Part shown: positions 1 to 10,199 of the stretch, in pieces | How positions within the stretch are numbered: the first letter of the stretch is position 1 | How the letters are laid out: each line of letters starts with the position of its first letter | NCBI RefSeq assembly: GCF_025643275.1 | Contig: NZ_CP089977.1 | Coordinates: forward strand, 270,001 to 302,000 | Direction: 5' to 3' | From: Moraxella nasicaprae | Lineage (GTDB): Bacteria > Pseudomonadota > Gammaproteobacteria > Pseudomonadales > Moraxellaceae | DNA: 32,000 nt | Made by a program: the position numbers and the translations under genes | The notes under the pieces: model-generated | The model's database searches: none | Told to the model about the DNA's origin: nothing | What the model saw: the letters and a program-made list of their open reading frames with translations, nothing else

Positions 1-243
1 TAGGCGGTCGTAGGCTTGCCATTCGATGAGTTCATTATAAGACAGCTCATCTTCAAGCTCGCCTACGGTGCGCTCTAATCAATGATGTATATTGACCGTT
101 TGTGATTGATTCATCAGCCTTGCTTTTGTTAATTATTCATATTTATCTTGTATTTTGACTATTCATCAGTTCAAATCTATGATAAATTAGCAAGCATTTC
201 CATTAACATTGCACCATGCCCATTAACTTAATCACCCAAATGT

Positions 244-1071
244 GTGCTGATGAGCTTGATGGCAATAAAAGAGGTTTGTGTGCTGATTGTTTTTTTGATG
301 ACCACCATCATCTATTCCACCAGCAGTGTGTATCTGACACATACACTACTGCAAAAAACTACCCCAAATAAGTTTGGGTTACTGGGTTTCTTGATACTCG
401 GTGTGTGCTTGCACGGTTATCTACTATATCCACAAATAATGACTTTACATGGCTTAAACTTCAACCTGTTTAACACATTGAGCCTAACCAGTCTGTTTTT
501 TGTGATTTTTTATGTGCTATTTGGATTGTATCGCCCCATTTTAAGTTTAGGGATTTTGGCAGTACCCATCGCACTGGCTGGTGTTAGCACAGGTTATTTT
601 GGCAAGGCAAGTTACCAACCGATTGCCAGCCTTAATATCGGCTTGCAGCTTCACATTTTGTTATCGTTTGCCGCTTACTGCGTTTTATTGATGGCAGCCG
701 TGCAGGGTTTTATCCTAAAATTACAAATCAAAGAACTAAAACACCAAACCATTCATCGCTTTTGGGTCAGTCGTCTGCCTGCCTTGCAAAGTATGGAAGG
801 TCTGCTGTTTGATATGATTTTGATGGGCTTTGTCATTTTAAGCATTGCACTTGGTTTTGGATTTGTGGCAACCTATGACATCTTAGACCAGCACATCGCC
901 CATAAAATGTTTTTTAGCTTGGCAAGTTGGGTTGTGTTTGGCATTTTGATTGCAGGGCATTATCTGCATGGCTGGCGTGGTAAGCGTGCGGCAAATTTCA
1001 CCATTTATGGTTTTATCTTACTTGCCATCGGTTTTGTGGGTTCAAAGGCGGTGCTGGAATTGATTTTGTAG
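244..1071 (+). CDS. ypjD: CcsA/YpjD-family inner-membrane protein (cytochrome c assembly protein family)
   Basis: 275-aa ORF, strongly hydrophobic with about 8 TM helices. The layout and C-terminal half (..RLPALQSMEGLLFDMILMGF.., aromatic-rich helices) resemble YpjD/CcsA-type proteins. Start is uncertain (GTG 244 or ATG 250). Confidence 0.65.
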   Translation: MLMSLMAIKEVCVLIVFLMTTIIYSTSSVYLTHTLLQKTTPNKFGLLGFLILGVCLHGYLLYPQIMTLHGLNFNLFNTLSLTSLFFVIFYVLFGLYRPILSLGILAVPIALAGVSTGYFGKASYQPIASLNIGLQLHILLSFAAYCVLLMAAVQGFILKLQIKELKHQTIHRFWVSRLPALQSMEGLLFDMILMGFVILSIALGFGFVATYDILDQHIAHKMFFSLASWVVFGILIAGHYLHGWRGKRAANFTIYGFILLAIGFVGSKAVLELIL

Positions 1072-1352
1072 GTTGATGCTTTATTTGATGGCAGACGCTT
1101 CATCAATTTGCACAAAAAACAACAAAATATTGCCAGCATCGATTGATTTATCAGAAAAAGCCATAAAAAATAGCTTTATTTTTTCACAAATTCGCAGATT
1201 TCCTACTTGAAATCTGCCATCATATCTCCATTTATTAGCTTATGCTTATCTTTCCCAATTGTAGCTTTTTGTAGCCAAAGGGATTTTTACTGGTTTTCTG
1301 GCATTGAATGTTATAGAATGCCTGCAACTTTCACTAAGTTTTTAATGAAATT

Positions 1353-2213
1353 ATGAAAAATTTAACCACAAAGTTCTCGCTAAGCATCTTGGCAATGACA
1401 CTGACCGCTCAGGCTTTTGCCGAAGTAAAAACCACCATCATGCCAGCAGGCGGTGTCACTGTGACCGTCCAGCCAAGCACCCAAGGTAGCGAGAAGTTCA
1501 CCCAAACCACCCAAAGCACAACTTATGCCAAAAGTGGGACTTTTTATAACGCCAATAACAATCAGACCAATTATAGCTCATCAGCATTTAGCTCTTACTC
1601 AACAGAAAACTACTCCAACTATTCATCATATAGTGGCAGTGCCAGCAGAGACAGCTACGACCATCTCATTCGTGACGCCGCAGCTCGTCATGGCGTTGAC
1701 CCTGCGTTAATCAAAGCCATCATTCACACCGAATCAACCTTTGACCCTTATGCCAGATCTCGTGTTGGTGCAGCAGGTCTAATGCAACTGATGCCTGCCA
1801 CCGCTCGTGAAATGGGCGTCTGGGATGTGTACGATCCTGCTCAAAATATTGATGGTGGCACCAAATATTTAGCATTTTTACAACGCCAGTTTAGCAACCA
1901 AAATCATGTGATTGCTGCCTATAACGCAGGCCCTGGCAATGTACGCAAGTATGGCGGTATTCCACCATTTCGTGAAACTCGCAACTATGTCCAAAAAGTC
2001 AATGACCGCTATAATAACATTTATAGCCTAGATGCCAGCCTGTATTCTGGCTCAGGTCGTTATTCAAATCTGGCGATGAACACACCAGTTGGTGGTACGA
2101 CCGTTACCCAAACCAGCAAGGTCATCAGTTCATCAGGGGTTAATTTTGCCGCACCACAAAACCCAAGCGTGAATTACACTGATGGTCGAGTGTTTATTTC
2201 GAGCAACCCTTAA
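1353..2213 (+). CDS. secreted lytic transglycosylase (SLT domain) with S/Y/N-rich low-complexity linker
   Basis: Signal peptide MKNLTTKFSLSILAMTLTAQAFA. SLT catalytic motifs are present: IIHTESTF (catalytic Glu-Ser), AAGLMQLMPATA, AYNAGPGNV. Confidence 0.85.
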   Translation: MKNLTTKFSLSILAMTLTAQAFAEVKTTIMPAGGVTVTVQPSTQGSEKFTQTTQSTTYAKSGTFYNANNNQTNYSSSAFSSYSTENYSNYSSYSGSASRDSYDHLIRDAAARHGVDPALIKAIIHTESTFDPYARSRVGAAGLMQLMPATAREMGVWDVYDPAQNIDGGTKYLAFLQRQFSNQNHVIAAYNAGPGNVRKYGGIPPFRETRNYVQKVNDRYNNIYSLDASLYSGSGRYSNLAMNTPVGGTTVTQTSKVISSSGVNFAAPQNPSVNYTDGRVFISSNP

Positions 2214-2254
2214 TGTCCATCATTTAGACTTTGTTAATTTTTTGTGAAAATATG

Positions 2255-2295
2255 GGCAAAATTGGTCATTTCTGATTGGTTTTGCCTTTTATTTT
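2255..2295 (+). terminator. rho-independent terminator after the lytic transglycosylase gene
   Basis: GGCAAAA (2255-2261) pairs with TTTTGCC (2280-2286). The stem can extend through G-U pairs and is followed by TTTTATTTT. Confidence 0.6.
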
Positions 2296-2340
2296 GACAA
2301 ATCGCCCAAAAATAATAGACACATTCTTCGTATTACCTAC

Positions 2341-2373
2341 CCGCCAAGACCAAACCGCTTGGTCGGTTTTTTT
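2341..2373 (+). terminator. second terminator-like hairpin plus U7, 17 nt upstream of the htpX start
   Basis: CCGCCAAG (2341-2348) pairs with CTTGGTCGG (2358-2366) with one bulge, then TTTTTTT. It could be a tandem terminator or an htpX leader structure. Confidence 0.4.
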
Positions 2374-2390
2374 AAAAGGAATCCCTATCT

Positions 2391-3299
2391 ATGATGCGAA
2401 TTGGTTTATTTCTACTGACCAACCTAGCTGTAATTATTGTATGTAGCATCGCTTTTGCTGTGTTATCGTCAGTTTTTGGTTTAGGCAGTGTTCATGCAGG
2501 TGGTGGTCTTAACTACGCCAGTCTGATTGTGATGTGCTTTGTCTGGGGCATGGTTGGCTCGCTGATTTCATTGTTCATGTCAAAATGGTTGGCAAAGAAA
2601 TCCACAGGTACTGTTGTGATTGAAACGCCACGCAATGCCACCGAACAATGGCTGGTTGATACCGTTGCCAAACAAGCCCGTGCGGTTAATATCGGCATGC
2701 CAGAAGTTGGTATTTTTGACAATCCTCAGCCAAATGCCTTTGCCACAGGCTGGAATAAAAACAACTCATTGGTTGCTGTCTCAACAGGACTGCTACACAC
2801 CATGACCGCTGATGAAGTAGAAGCGGTACTGGCTCATGAGATTGGTCATGTCGCCAATGGCGATATGGTAACTTTGGCACTAATTCAGGGTGTGGTCAAT
2901 GCCTTTGTGATGTTCTTTGCACGCATCATTGGTAACTTTGTTGATCGTACAATATTTCGTAATGAAGACGATGCTCCTGGCATTGGTTATTTTGTGACCA
3001 GCATCGTGATGGATATTTTGCTGGGCATGCTGGCTTCTGCCATCGTAATGTGGTTCTCTCGCCGTCGTGAGTTTCGTGCTGATGAAATGGGGGCAAAACT
3101 TGCCAGCCGTGATAAAATGATTAGTGCTTTGAACGCTTTACGCCCTGCCGAAAGCCGCCCTGATACCATGCCAGAAGGCATGAGAGCCTTTGCCATCTCA
3201 TCAGGTCAATCACAAGGATTTAGTATTGCCAGCCTGTTTCGCAGTCACCCAACACTAGATGACCGCATTGCAGCCTTGCAAAAATTACCACAAAACTGA
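2391..3299 (+). CDS. htpX: membrane zinc metalloprotease HtpX
   Basis: Colinear with E. coli HtpX from the N-terminus ([14 protein letters not shown]..). HEIGH zinc motif ([12 protein letters not shown]), 4 TM segments, C-terminal ..[12 protein letters not shown]. Confidence 0.95.
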   Translation: MMRIGLFLLTNLAVIIVCSIAFAVLSSVFGLGSVHAGGGLNYASLIVMCFVWGMVGSLISLFMSKWLAKKSTGTVVIETPRNATEQWLVDTVAKQARAVNIGMPEVGIFDNPQPNAFATGWNKNNSLVAVSTGLLHTMTADEVEAVLAHEIGHVANGDMVTLALIQGVVNAFVMFFARIIGNFVDRTIFRNEDDAPGIGYFVTSIVMDILLGMLASAIVMWFSRRREFRADEMGAKLASRDKMISALNALRPAESRPDTMPEGMRAFAISSGQSQGFSIASLFRSHPTLDDRIAALQKLPQN

Positions 3300-3311
3300 T
3301 TGAACAAACCC

Positions 3312-3350
3312 AAAAAATCCATCAATGAGTTGATGGGTTTTTTAATTTTT
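3312..3350 (+). terminator. rho-independent terminator of htpX
   Basis: AAAAAATCCATCAA (3312-3325), loop TGAG, TTGATGGGTTTTTT (3330-3343) with one G-U pair, followed by a T-rich tail. Confidence 0.75.
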
Positions 3351-3427
3351 AATGCTTAACACTCACTCCCTTTATCTGTTATACTATACTGACAACCCAA
3401 TGAATGAAAATTGACAAGGATTGGACA

Positions 3428-3925
3428 ATGCGTCATTTATTTGCCACTACATTGCTATTTACCGCCCTATTGCTTGGTACAACTGCTCACGCAAGTGACC
3501 CCAAACCTGAACAATGGCTGTATCAAGATTCGCCTTACGATAAAATCAATGGAAAAAATTTATTTCAAACCACCGCCATACGCAATATTACAAACAAATT
3601 ACCGTCCAGTACAGCAGGCGTCATCAAAAGAGCCAGAATGTCACAAGATGTCATTTTGCAAAGTAAAGTTCTTTATGTGCAGATTTGGGATAAAAATGAA
3701 ACAGATACGACAGTTCATTTATTTTATCACATCAAAAATGGGAAGTTTTGGGCATATCATCAACAGCAGGATAACTCCATCAGATGTTATGCAAACAACC
3801 ATGATGATATGACAAACTTTGAATTAGCAAACTTAGATTATATCCCCACCTCACAATGCAAAAAGTATAAAACAAAAAACCACCGCTCATGGTGGTTTTT
3901 TTATATATCAACTGACCTTAAATGA
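3428..3925 (+). CDS. secreted protein of unknown function
   Basis: ATG 3428 is preceded by AAGGA (3416-3420). Signal peptide MRHLFATTLLFTALLLGTTAHA. No family recognised. The ORF-track start 3404 is less likely. The last 6 codons overlap the clpA 3' end convergently. Confidence 0.55.
   Translation: MRHLFATTLLFTALLLGTTAHASDPKPEQWLYQDSPYDKINGKNLFQTTAIRNITNKLPSSTAGVIKRARMSQDVILQSKVLYVQIWDKNETDTTVHLFYHIKNGKFWAYHQQQDNSIRCYANNHDDMTNFELANLDYIPTSQCKKYKTKNHRSWWFFYISTDLK
3874..3902. terminator. bidirectional terminator between the 3428-3925 ORF and clpA
   Basis: AAAAAACCACC (3874-3884), loop GCTCAT, GGTGGTTTTTT (3891-3901). A/T runs on both sides. It lies just downstream of the clpA stop (3908-3910, minus strand). 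Confidence 0.7.
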
Positions 3926-6118
3926 TATTTCCCCCGCCTCATCAAGCAGCACCGACACTTGACCGCCGTCAGCCAATTCGCCAAACAGTATCATAGATGC
4001 CAATGGTTTTTTGAGTTTATCTTGAATCAGTCTTGCCATAGGTCTAGCACCCATCAAACGGTCATAGCCATGCTTGGCAAGATATTCACGAGCTGTTTTA
4101 TCCACCGTCAAAACGACATTTTTGGCAAGCAGCATCTCTTGTAATTCACTGACAAATTTATCCACCACAAAATCCATCACCATGGGCGATAATGGTTCAA
4201 AATTAACCATCGCATCAAGCCGATTGCGAAACTCTGGCGTAAAGGTGCGTTTAATCGCTTCGCCATTGTCGTGCTGATGATTTTGTTCGGTAAAACCCAT
4301 TGATTGACGGCTGATGCTATCCGCCCCAACATTACTGGTCATGATGAGTATGACTTGACGAAACGACACCGTACGACCATTATTATCGGTGAGCATGCCG
4401 TTATCCATCACTTGTAATAACAGGTTAAAAACATCAGGGTGAGCCTTTTCCAATTCATCAAGCAACAAGACGCAATGAGGAAACTGCTGAATTTTTTCAG
4501 TCAATAAGCCACCTTGATCATAGCCGACATAACCTGGCGGAGCACCAATGAGTCGTGATGCGGTGTGCGATTCCATGTATTCTGACATATCAAAACGCAC
4601 AAACTCCACACCAAGCATGAACGCCAGTTGTTTGGCAAGCTCCGTTTTGCCCACACCTGTCGGACCTGTGAACAAAAATGAGCCAATCGGTTTATTGGGA
4701 TTGCCAAGCCCTGCTTTGGATAGCTTGATGGTGTCGCTCAATACCTCAACCGCCCTATCTTGCCCAAAGATGACTTGTTTGAGCTGATGTTCTAATTGGG
4801 CAAGCTGTTGTTTGTCATCACTGGCGATGCTTGATGGTGGAATACGAGCCATCTTGGCAATGATGGTTTCAATCAAAGTACTATCCACCATTTGCTCATC
4901 TTTGGGATTAAGACGCAAATAAGCACCTGCTTCATCAATCACATCAATCGCTTTATCGGGTAAAAAACGCTCATGCAAATGCTTGACTGACAGCTTGACT
5001 GCCGTCTCTATCGCTTCATCGGTGTAAGTAACCTGATGAAAATTCTCATAATATTTTTTTAGACCCTGCAAAATCTGTATCGCCTCTGCCACCGATGGTT
5101 CTTTGACATCGATTTTTTGGAAGCGTCTGGATAAGGCGTGATCCTTTTCAAAAAGCTGTCGATATTCAACAAAAGTTGTCGAACCGATACATCGCAACTC
5201 GCCACGAGATAAAGCAGGCTTAATCAGATTGGAAACATCGACATTACCATCGTTGGACGCACCTGCCCCAATCATCATATGAATCTCGTCAATGAATAAA
5301 ATGACATCAGGCTTATTTTTTAGAATATCCAATAAATTTTTAATTCTTTTTTCAAAGTCGCCACGAAATTTAGTCCCCGCCACCAAAGAGCCAATATCTA
5401 AGCTATAAATCGTGGTCTGTGCCAGCAGGCTTGGGACTTGCTGATGAACGATTTTCCACGCCAGCCCTTCAACAATGGCGGTTTTACCAACACCAGCATC
5501 ACCCACAAACAATGGATTGTTTTTGCGACGACGGCATAAAATTTGTATCGCTCGCTCAATCTCATCATCACGCCCCACCAAAGGGTCAATCTTGCCAAGC
5601 TGGACTTGTTCGTTAAGATTGGTGGTGTAGGCGGTCAAAGGATTGATTTTTGTTTCTTGTGCCACATCATCTTGGGTGAGTTTCTCAGTAAACTCTTGTC
5701 TATCTAGCTGAGAAATGGTTTTGGTCAGCATCAAGATATCCAGCCCCAAATCCTGCAAAAGCTGATTGGCAAAGCAATCAGATTCTTTGAAAATCGCCAC
5801 CAACACATCGCTGGGTGCGACTAATTTTTGGGTTTGGCTTGCTTGTACTTGATAAATTGCCCGCTGTATGATTCTCTGCACACTCTTGGTTGGTTTGGGA
5901 TTAACATTTTCTTTACTGATGAGATAATCTTGAAAATAATTGGTCAGATGCTCTTTGATTTTTTCTTGCTCAATCTGACATTCTTTGAGCACCAAAGATA
6001 CTTTGTCATCATCAAGCAAATGCCACAGCAAATGTTCGCTGGTCATGAGCGAATGCCCAAGTCTTTGGGCATGGTCAAGAGCAGATTGATGAATTGCTGA
6101 AAACTCTGGACTAAACAC
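3908..6118 (-). CDS. clpA: ATP-dependent Clp protease ATP-binding subunit ClpA
   Basis: 736 aa with a Clp N-domain and two AAA+ modules. Walker A motifs are GDAGVGKT and GPTGVGKT. It lies 20 nt downstream of clpS. Confidence 0.95.
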   Translation of the reverse strand: MFSPEFSAIHQSALDHAQRLGHSLMTSEHLLWHLLDDDKVSLVLKECQIEQEKIKEHLTNYFQDYLISKENVNPKPTKSVQRIIQRAIYQVQASQTQKLVAPSDVLVAIFKESDCFANQLLQDLGLDILMLTKTISQLDRQEFTEKLTQDDVAQETKINPLTAYTTNLNEQVQLGKIDPLVGRDDEIERAIQILCRRRKNNPLFVGDAGVGKTAIVEGLAWKIVHQQVPSLLAQTTIYSLDIGSLVAGTKFRGDFEKRIKNLLDILKNKPDVILFIDEIHMMIGAGASNDGNVDVSNLIKPALSRGELRCIGSTTFVEYRQLFEKDHALSRRFQKIDVKEPSVAEAIQILQGLKKYYENFHQVTYTDEAIETAVKLSVKHLHERFLPDKAIDVIDEAGAYLRLNPKDEQMVDSTLIETIIAKMARIPPSSIASDDKQQLAQLEHQLKQVIFGQDRAVEVLSDTIKLSKAGLGNPNKPIGSFLFTGPTGVGKTELAKQLAFMLGVEFVRFDMSEYMESHTASRLIGAPPGYVGYDQGGLLTEKIQQFPHCVLLLDELEKAHPDVFNLLLQVMDNGMLTDNNGRTVSFRQVILIMTSNVGADSISRQSMGFTEQNHQHDNGEAIKRTFTPEFRNRLDAMVNFEPLSPMVMDFVVDKFVSELQEMLLAKNVVLTVDKTAREYLAKHGYDRLMGARPMARLIQDKLKKPLASMILFGELADGGQVSVLLDEAGEISFKVS

Positions 6119-6138
6119 AACTTATTCCTTAATGCTTA

Positions 6139-6453
6139 TCATGCTGGTTCGATGGTGGTTAAAAGTGGATAATTTTCCTCTTCGGCAAGCAAATCTACTT
6201 CCTCAACCTTCATCTCAGCAATCTCAAATGGCAATGTTGCCACCACCGCTCTGCCTGTTTGATGCACCTTCATCATCAGCTGGTAAGCCTGCTCAGTATT
6301 ATGCTCAAAAATATCCATCAGCACATACATTACAAACTCCATCGTGGTGTAATTATCGTTGTGCATCACGACCGCATACATAGACGGACGGCGAACCTGT
6401 GTCTGCACTTGACTTGTCACCGCCACATCGCTGTCGGTATCATGCTCTGCCAT
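6139..6453 (-). CDS. clpS: ATP-dependent Clp protease adaptor ClpS
   Basis: Core ..PSMYAVVMHNDNYTTMEFVMYVLMDIF..A.QLMMKVHQTGRAVV.. matches ClpS. I prefer the MAEHD start (6453), which gives 104 aa. The ORF-track start is 6495. Confidence 0.9.
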   Translation of the reverse strand: MAEHDTDSDVAVTSQVQTQVRRPSMYAVVMHNDNYTTMEFVMYVLMDIFEHNTEQAYQLMMKVHQTGRAVVATLPFEIAEMKVEEVDLLAEEENYPLLTTIEPA

Positions 6454-6510
6454 TGCTTGTGTTTGATTACAAAAAATTGATTGAATATAAAACATGACTC
6501 ATCATTCATC

Positions 6511-6551
6511 AAAATAAAAAGCTGCAAGCATGCCCAAGACACACTTACAGC
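6511..6551 (-). terminator. rho-independent terminator downstream of the 6569-7321 gene
   Basis: On the minus strand, GCUGUAAG pairs with CUUGCAGC (plus 6544-6551 with 6521-6528, one G-U), followed by UUUUUAUUUU (plus 6511-6520). Confidence 0.6.
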
Positions 6552-6568
6552 TCATCAAAACCCAAAGA

Positions 6569-7321
6569 TTATTTGTCGTTTTTGACGATTGGGCGGTTGC
6601 TGGTATTCGGCATTTCGGACAGTGATGTTGGTGCATCAGAGACGATTTTACCGATTTGCCAGTTGTATAATTGTTGTACTTTTTGCGTGCCAGCAGTCAG
6701 CTCCAACTTCATCTGCTTAGGTTCAAAACCCTCTGGCATCACGAAACGACCACGAATATTTGCCACGCCCTTGATGTCGTAGCTTGATGGTTCAAGCGGA
6801 ATCTCCACCATGTTGGTTGAGTTAAGCAGGGTTAATTTTGGAATCATTTTGACCGCTTGTCCTGAAATATCAATCATCGCCACATCAAAACGATACTCAA
6901 AAGTATTTTGTGGCAAAGAGATAATCTCTGATGCGATGATGTTTAATGCCACGCCACCCTGTTCTGCCACCGATGACTTTAACAGTTCATTGACTTGTTC
7001 AAGCTGCAAATTGGTTGTCTTTAAATCTTCAATCTGAGTACGCAAATTATCCAGATTAGACATACTGACATCACGCTCCTGATTGGCAGTGGCAATGTCT
7101 TGTTTTAGTTTGGTGTTTTCTTCAATCAAAGCACTGGTATCAGCACTAACAGCGGCTGGTCTGTTCTCGTCTGCACTATGCACACCTTGACGATAACCAA
7201 ACTTGTAGCCAATGACTGCCACAACCAAAGAAGCAAAAATCAACGCCAATAAGAACAACGCCAAAATCTGACCTATTGCCCCGCGCTGATTGCGTAAATG
7301 ATGAGAATGAATTGTTGGCAT
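6569..7321 (-). CDS. membrane-anchored coiled-coil protein of unknown function
   Basis: 250 aa. N-terminal basic stretch, one TM helix (ILALFLLALIFASLVVAVIGY), a heptad-like coiled-coil region (..LKQDIATANQERD..LRTQIEDLKTTNLQLEQVNELL..), then a beta-rich C-terminal domain. Confidence 0.6.
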   Translation of the reverse strand: MPTIHSHHLRNQRGAIGQILALFLLALIFASLVVAVIGYKFGYRQGVHSADENRPAAVSADTSALIEENTKLKQDIATANQERDVSMSNLDNLRTQIEDLKTTNLQLEQVNELLKSSVAEQGGVALNIIASEIISLPQNTFEYRFDVAMIDISGQAVKMIPKLTLLNSTNMVEIPLEPSSYDIKGVANIRGRFVMPEGFEPKQMKLELTAGTQKVQQLYNWQIGKIVSDAPTSLSEMPNTSNRPIVKNDK

Positions 7322-7549
7322 AAAAAACCCAATTGATATAAATATTTCAATCCCACTATTATAGCAATTTTATGCAAAAAATAGGATATTTTTTGTTAAA
7401 AAAACGAAAATAGTACAATAATTCTCATTTTCACCAATAGAAAATGGATATTTTAATGGTACTGACCGACATCAAGCCTAATACAACAAGCATTGATTGA
7501 GCATCGCAAGCATTAAACCCCCCCAAAAAATATCAGGGGGTCATATTTT

Positions 7550-8629
7550 TTATAATTGATATTCATGCACCGCATCAATAAAGGCTTTGGCATGGTCTGG
7601 ATTCGACCATTGCGTGATGCCATGTCCAAAATTGGCGATGTATCCTGTCTTGTCAAGCACATACGCATCATCAAGCATTCGCTCAACCTCTTGCTTGATA
7701 CTTTGTGGACTGCCATAAATGGTGGCGGGGTCTAGGTTGCCTTGCAGGGCTTTTTTGGCATTTAGAGCATGCAAAGTATGTCGTGCCTTATCCAGTGGCA
7801 TCGTCCAATCCAGACCCAATACATCAGCCTGACTGTCTGCCTGAATATCTAGCCACAAACCACCACCTTTGGTAAACAGCACCACAGGAATGCTTGGGTG
7901 CTTTTGTTTTAAGGCAGCGACAATCTGACGATTGTAAGCATGGCTAAACTTGGCAAATTGACGATGTCCCAATGCCCCACCCCAACTGTCAAAAATCTGC
8001 ACAATCTGAGCACCAGCAAGGATTTGTGCGTCCAGATAATCAATCACTGCCTCGCTAATCTTGCCCAATAAAGCATGCAGCAGTTCTGGTGTTTGATACA
8101 TCATTTGCTTGGTGTGACGAAATTCACGACTAGAACCGCCCTCAACCATATAGGTTGCCAAAGTCCAAGGCGAACCTGAAAAACCAAACAGCGGCACTTG
8201 TCCATTTAGTGCCATGCGAATGCTACTGACCGCTTTCATCACATAGTCAAGCGATGAATTCATGTCAATTTTTGGTAGATTGGCAATGTCTTGTTCGCTA
8301 CGCACCGTCTTAGATAGCTTAGGACCTTCGCCAGCTTCAAAATACAAACCCAAATCAAAAGCATCTGGAATGGTCAAAATATCACTAAACAAAATCGCTG
8401 CATCAAGCTCAAAACGACGCAACGGCTGCAAGGTCACCTCTGTTGCTTTATCGGTGTCTTTGCATAGACTTAGAAAGTCGCCCGCCAATGCTCGCACTTC
8501 TTTGTATTCTGGTAAATAGCGACCTGCCTGTCTCATCATCCAAACAGGCGTGGTGTCCACTGGCTCAAAAGCGATAGCACGCAACAAGCGATCATTTTTT
8601 AGGGCTGGAAATTGCTGGTTTGTCATCAC
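7550..8629 (-). CDS. hemE: uroporphyrinogen decarboxylase
   Basis: 359 aa. N-terminal signature ..[15 protein letters not shown].. and overall HemE colinearity. It lies 24 nt downstream of obg on the same strand. Confidence 0.95.
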   Translation of the reverse strand: MMTNQQFPALKNDRLLRAIAFEPVDTTPVWMMRQAGRYLPEYKEVRALAGDFLSLCKDTDKATEVTLQPLRRFELDAAILFSDILTIPDAFDLGLYFEAGEGPKLSKTVRSEQDIANLPKIDMNSSLDYVMKAVSSIRMALNGQVPLFGFSGSPWTLATYMVEGGSSREFRHTKQMMYQTPELLHALLGKISEAVIDYLDAQILAGAQIVQIFDSWGGALGHRQFAKFSHAYNRQIVAALKQKHPSIPVVLFTKGGGLWLDIQADSQADVLGLDWTMPLDKARHTLHALNAKKALQGNLDPATIYGSPQSIKQEVERMLDDAYVLDKTGYIANFGHGITQWSNPDHAKAFIDAVHEYQL

Positions 8630-8653
8630 AAAACTCTCAATCTGTTCACAAAA

Positions 8654-9868
<1,215 letters not shown>

Positions 9869-9931
9869 CTATTTACTCTAAATTTTGATTAAATTATCGT
9901 CTATTGTAGCACAGTTTTTGAATTTGCACGA

Positions 9932-10062
9932 GATGGCAATGACATTGATAAAATTCAGGTTACCGCAGTTAATCTATTACCCAAACAAACCTTAGAAAAT
10001 ACCTTTAAAAATACTATGACCCTAATGATGGGCGTGGTGCTCCAATTTCCACGATGGCACGC
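9932..10062 (+). pseudogene. fragment of a second zeta-toxin-like kinase domain (C-terminal part only)
   Basis: 9950-10062 aligns by hand to 13000-13113 (94/114 nt) with a 1-nt deletion in an A-run. It translates to ..KIQVTAVNLLPKQTLENTFK / YYDPNDGRGAPISTMAR, versus KVKIVAVNPLPEQALENTFKRYYDPNDGRGAPISTMAR in the full copy. Confidence 0.7.
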
Positions 10063-10199
10063 TTGGCATTGCCTTTGGTGCAAGGGGGAGTGGTTGGGCT
10101 TCTGCTCATTATGAGCGTGGCGAACAGGTTATTAACCTTACTAAAACAAGGGGTGCTGGCTCTCTGGCACATGAATGGTGGCACGCCCTAGACCACTAT

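Noticed and set aside
3411-3812. 133-aa ORF in the +1 frame of the 3428-3925 gene
   Set aside because: The frame bearing the signal peptide and ribosome-binding site is the other one. This translation has no protein-like features.
3874-3925. The secreted-protein ORF reads through the bidirectional terminator and overlaps clpA by 18 nt
   Set aside because: Convergent genes sharing a terminator, with one ORF ending inside or after the hairpin, are common. There is nothing to suggest special regulation.
7376-7455. Two similar AT-rich motifs, AAAAT(A)GGATATTTT, 64 bp apart upstream of the 6569-7321 gene
   Set aside because: These are short, imperfect and sit in a very AT-rich intergenic region, so chance recurrence is likely. 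I did not see the motif elsewhere in the window.
10054-10191. 45-aa hydrophobic ORF (MARLALPLVQGGVVGLLLIM..) at the zeta-fragment/zincin junction
   Set aside because: It is simply the out-of-frame continuation of the zeta-fragment frame across the zincin module, whose own frame carries the conserved motifs.
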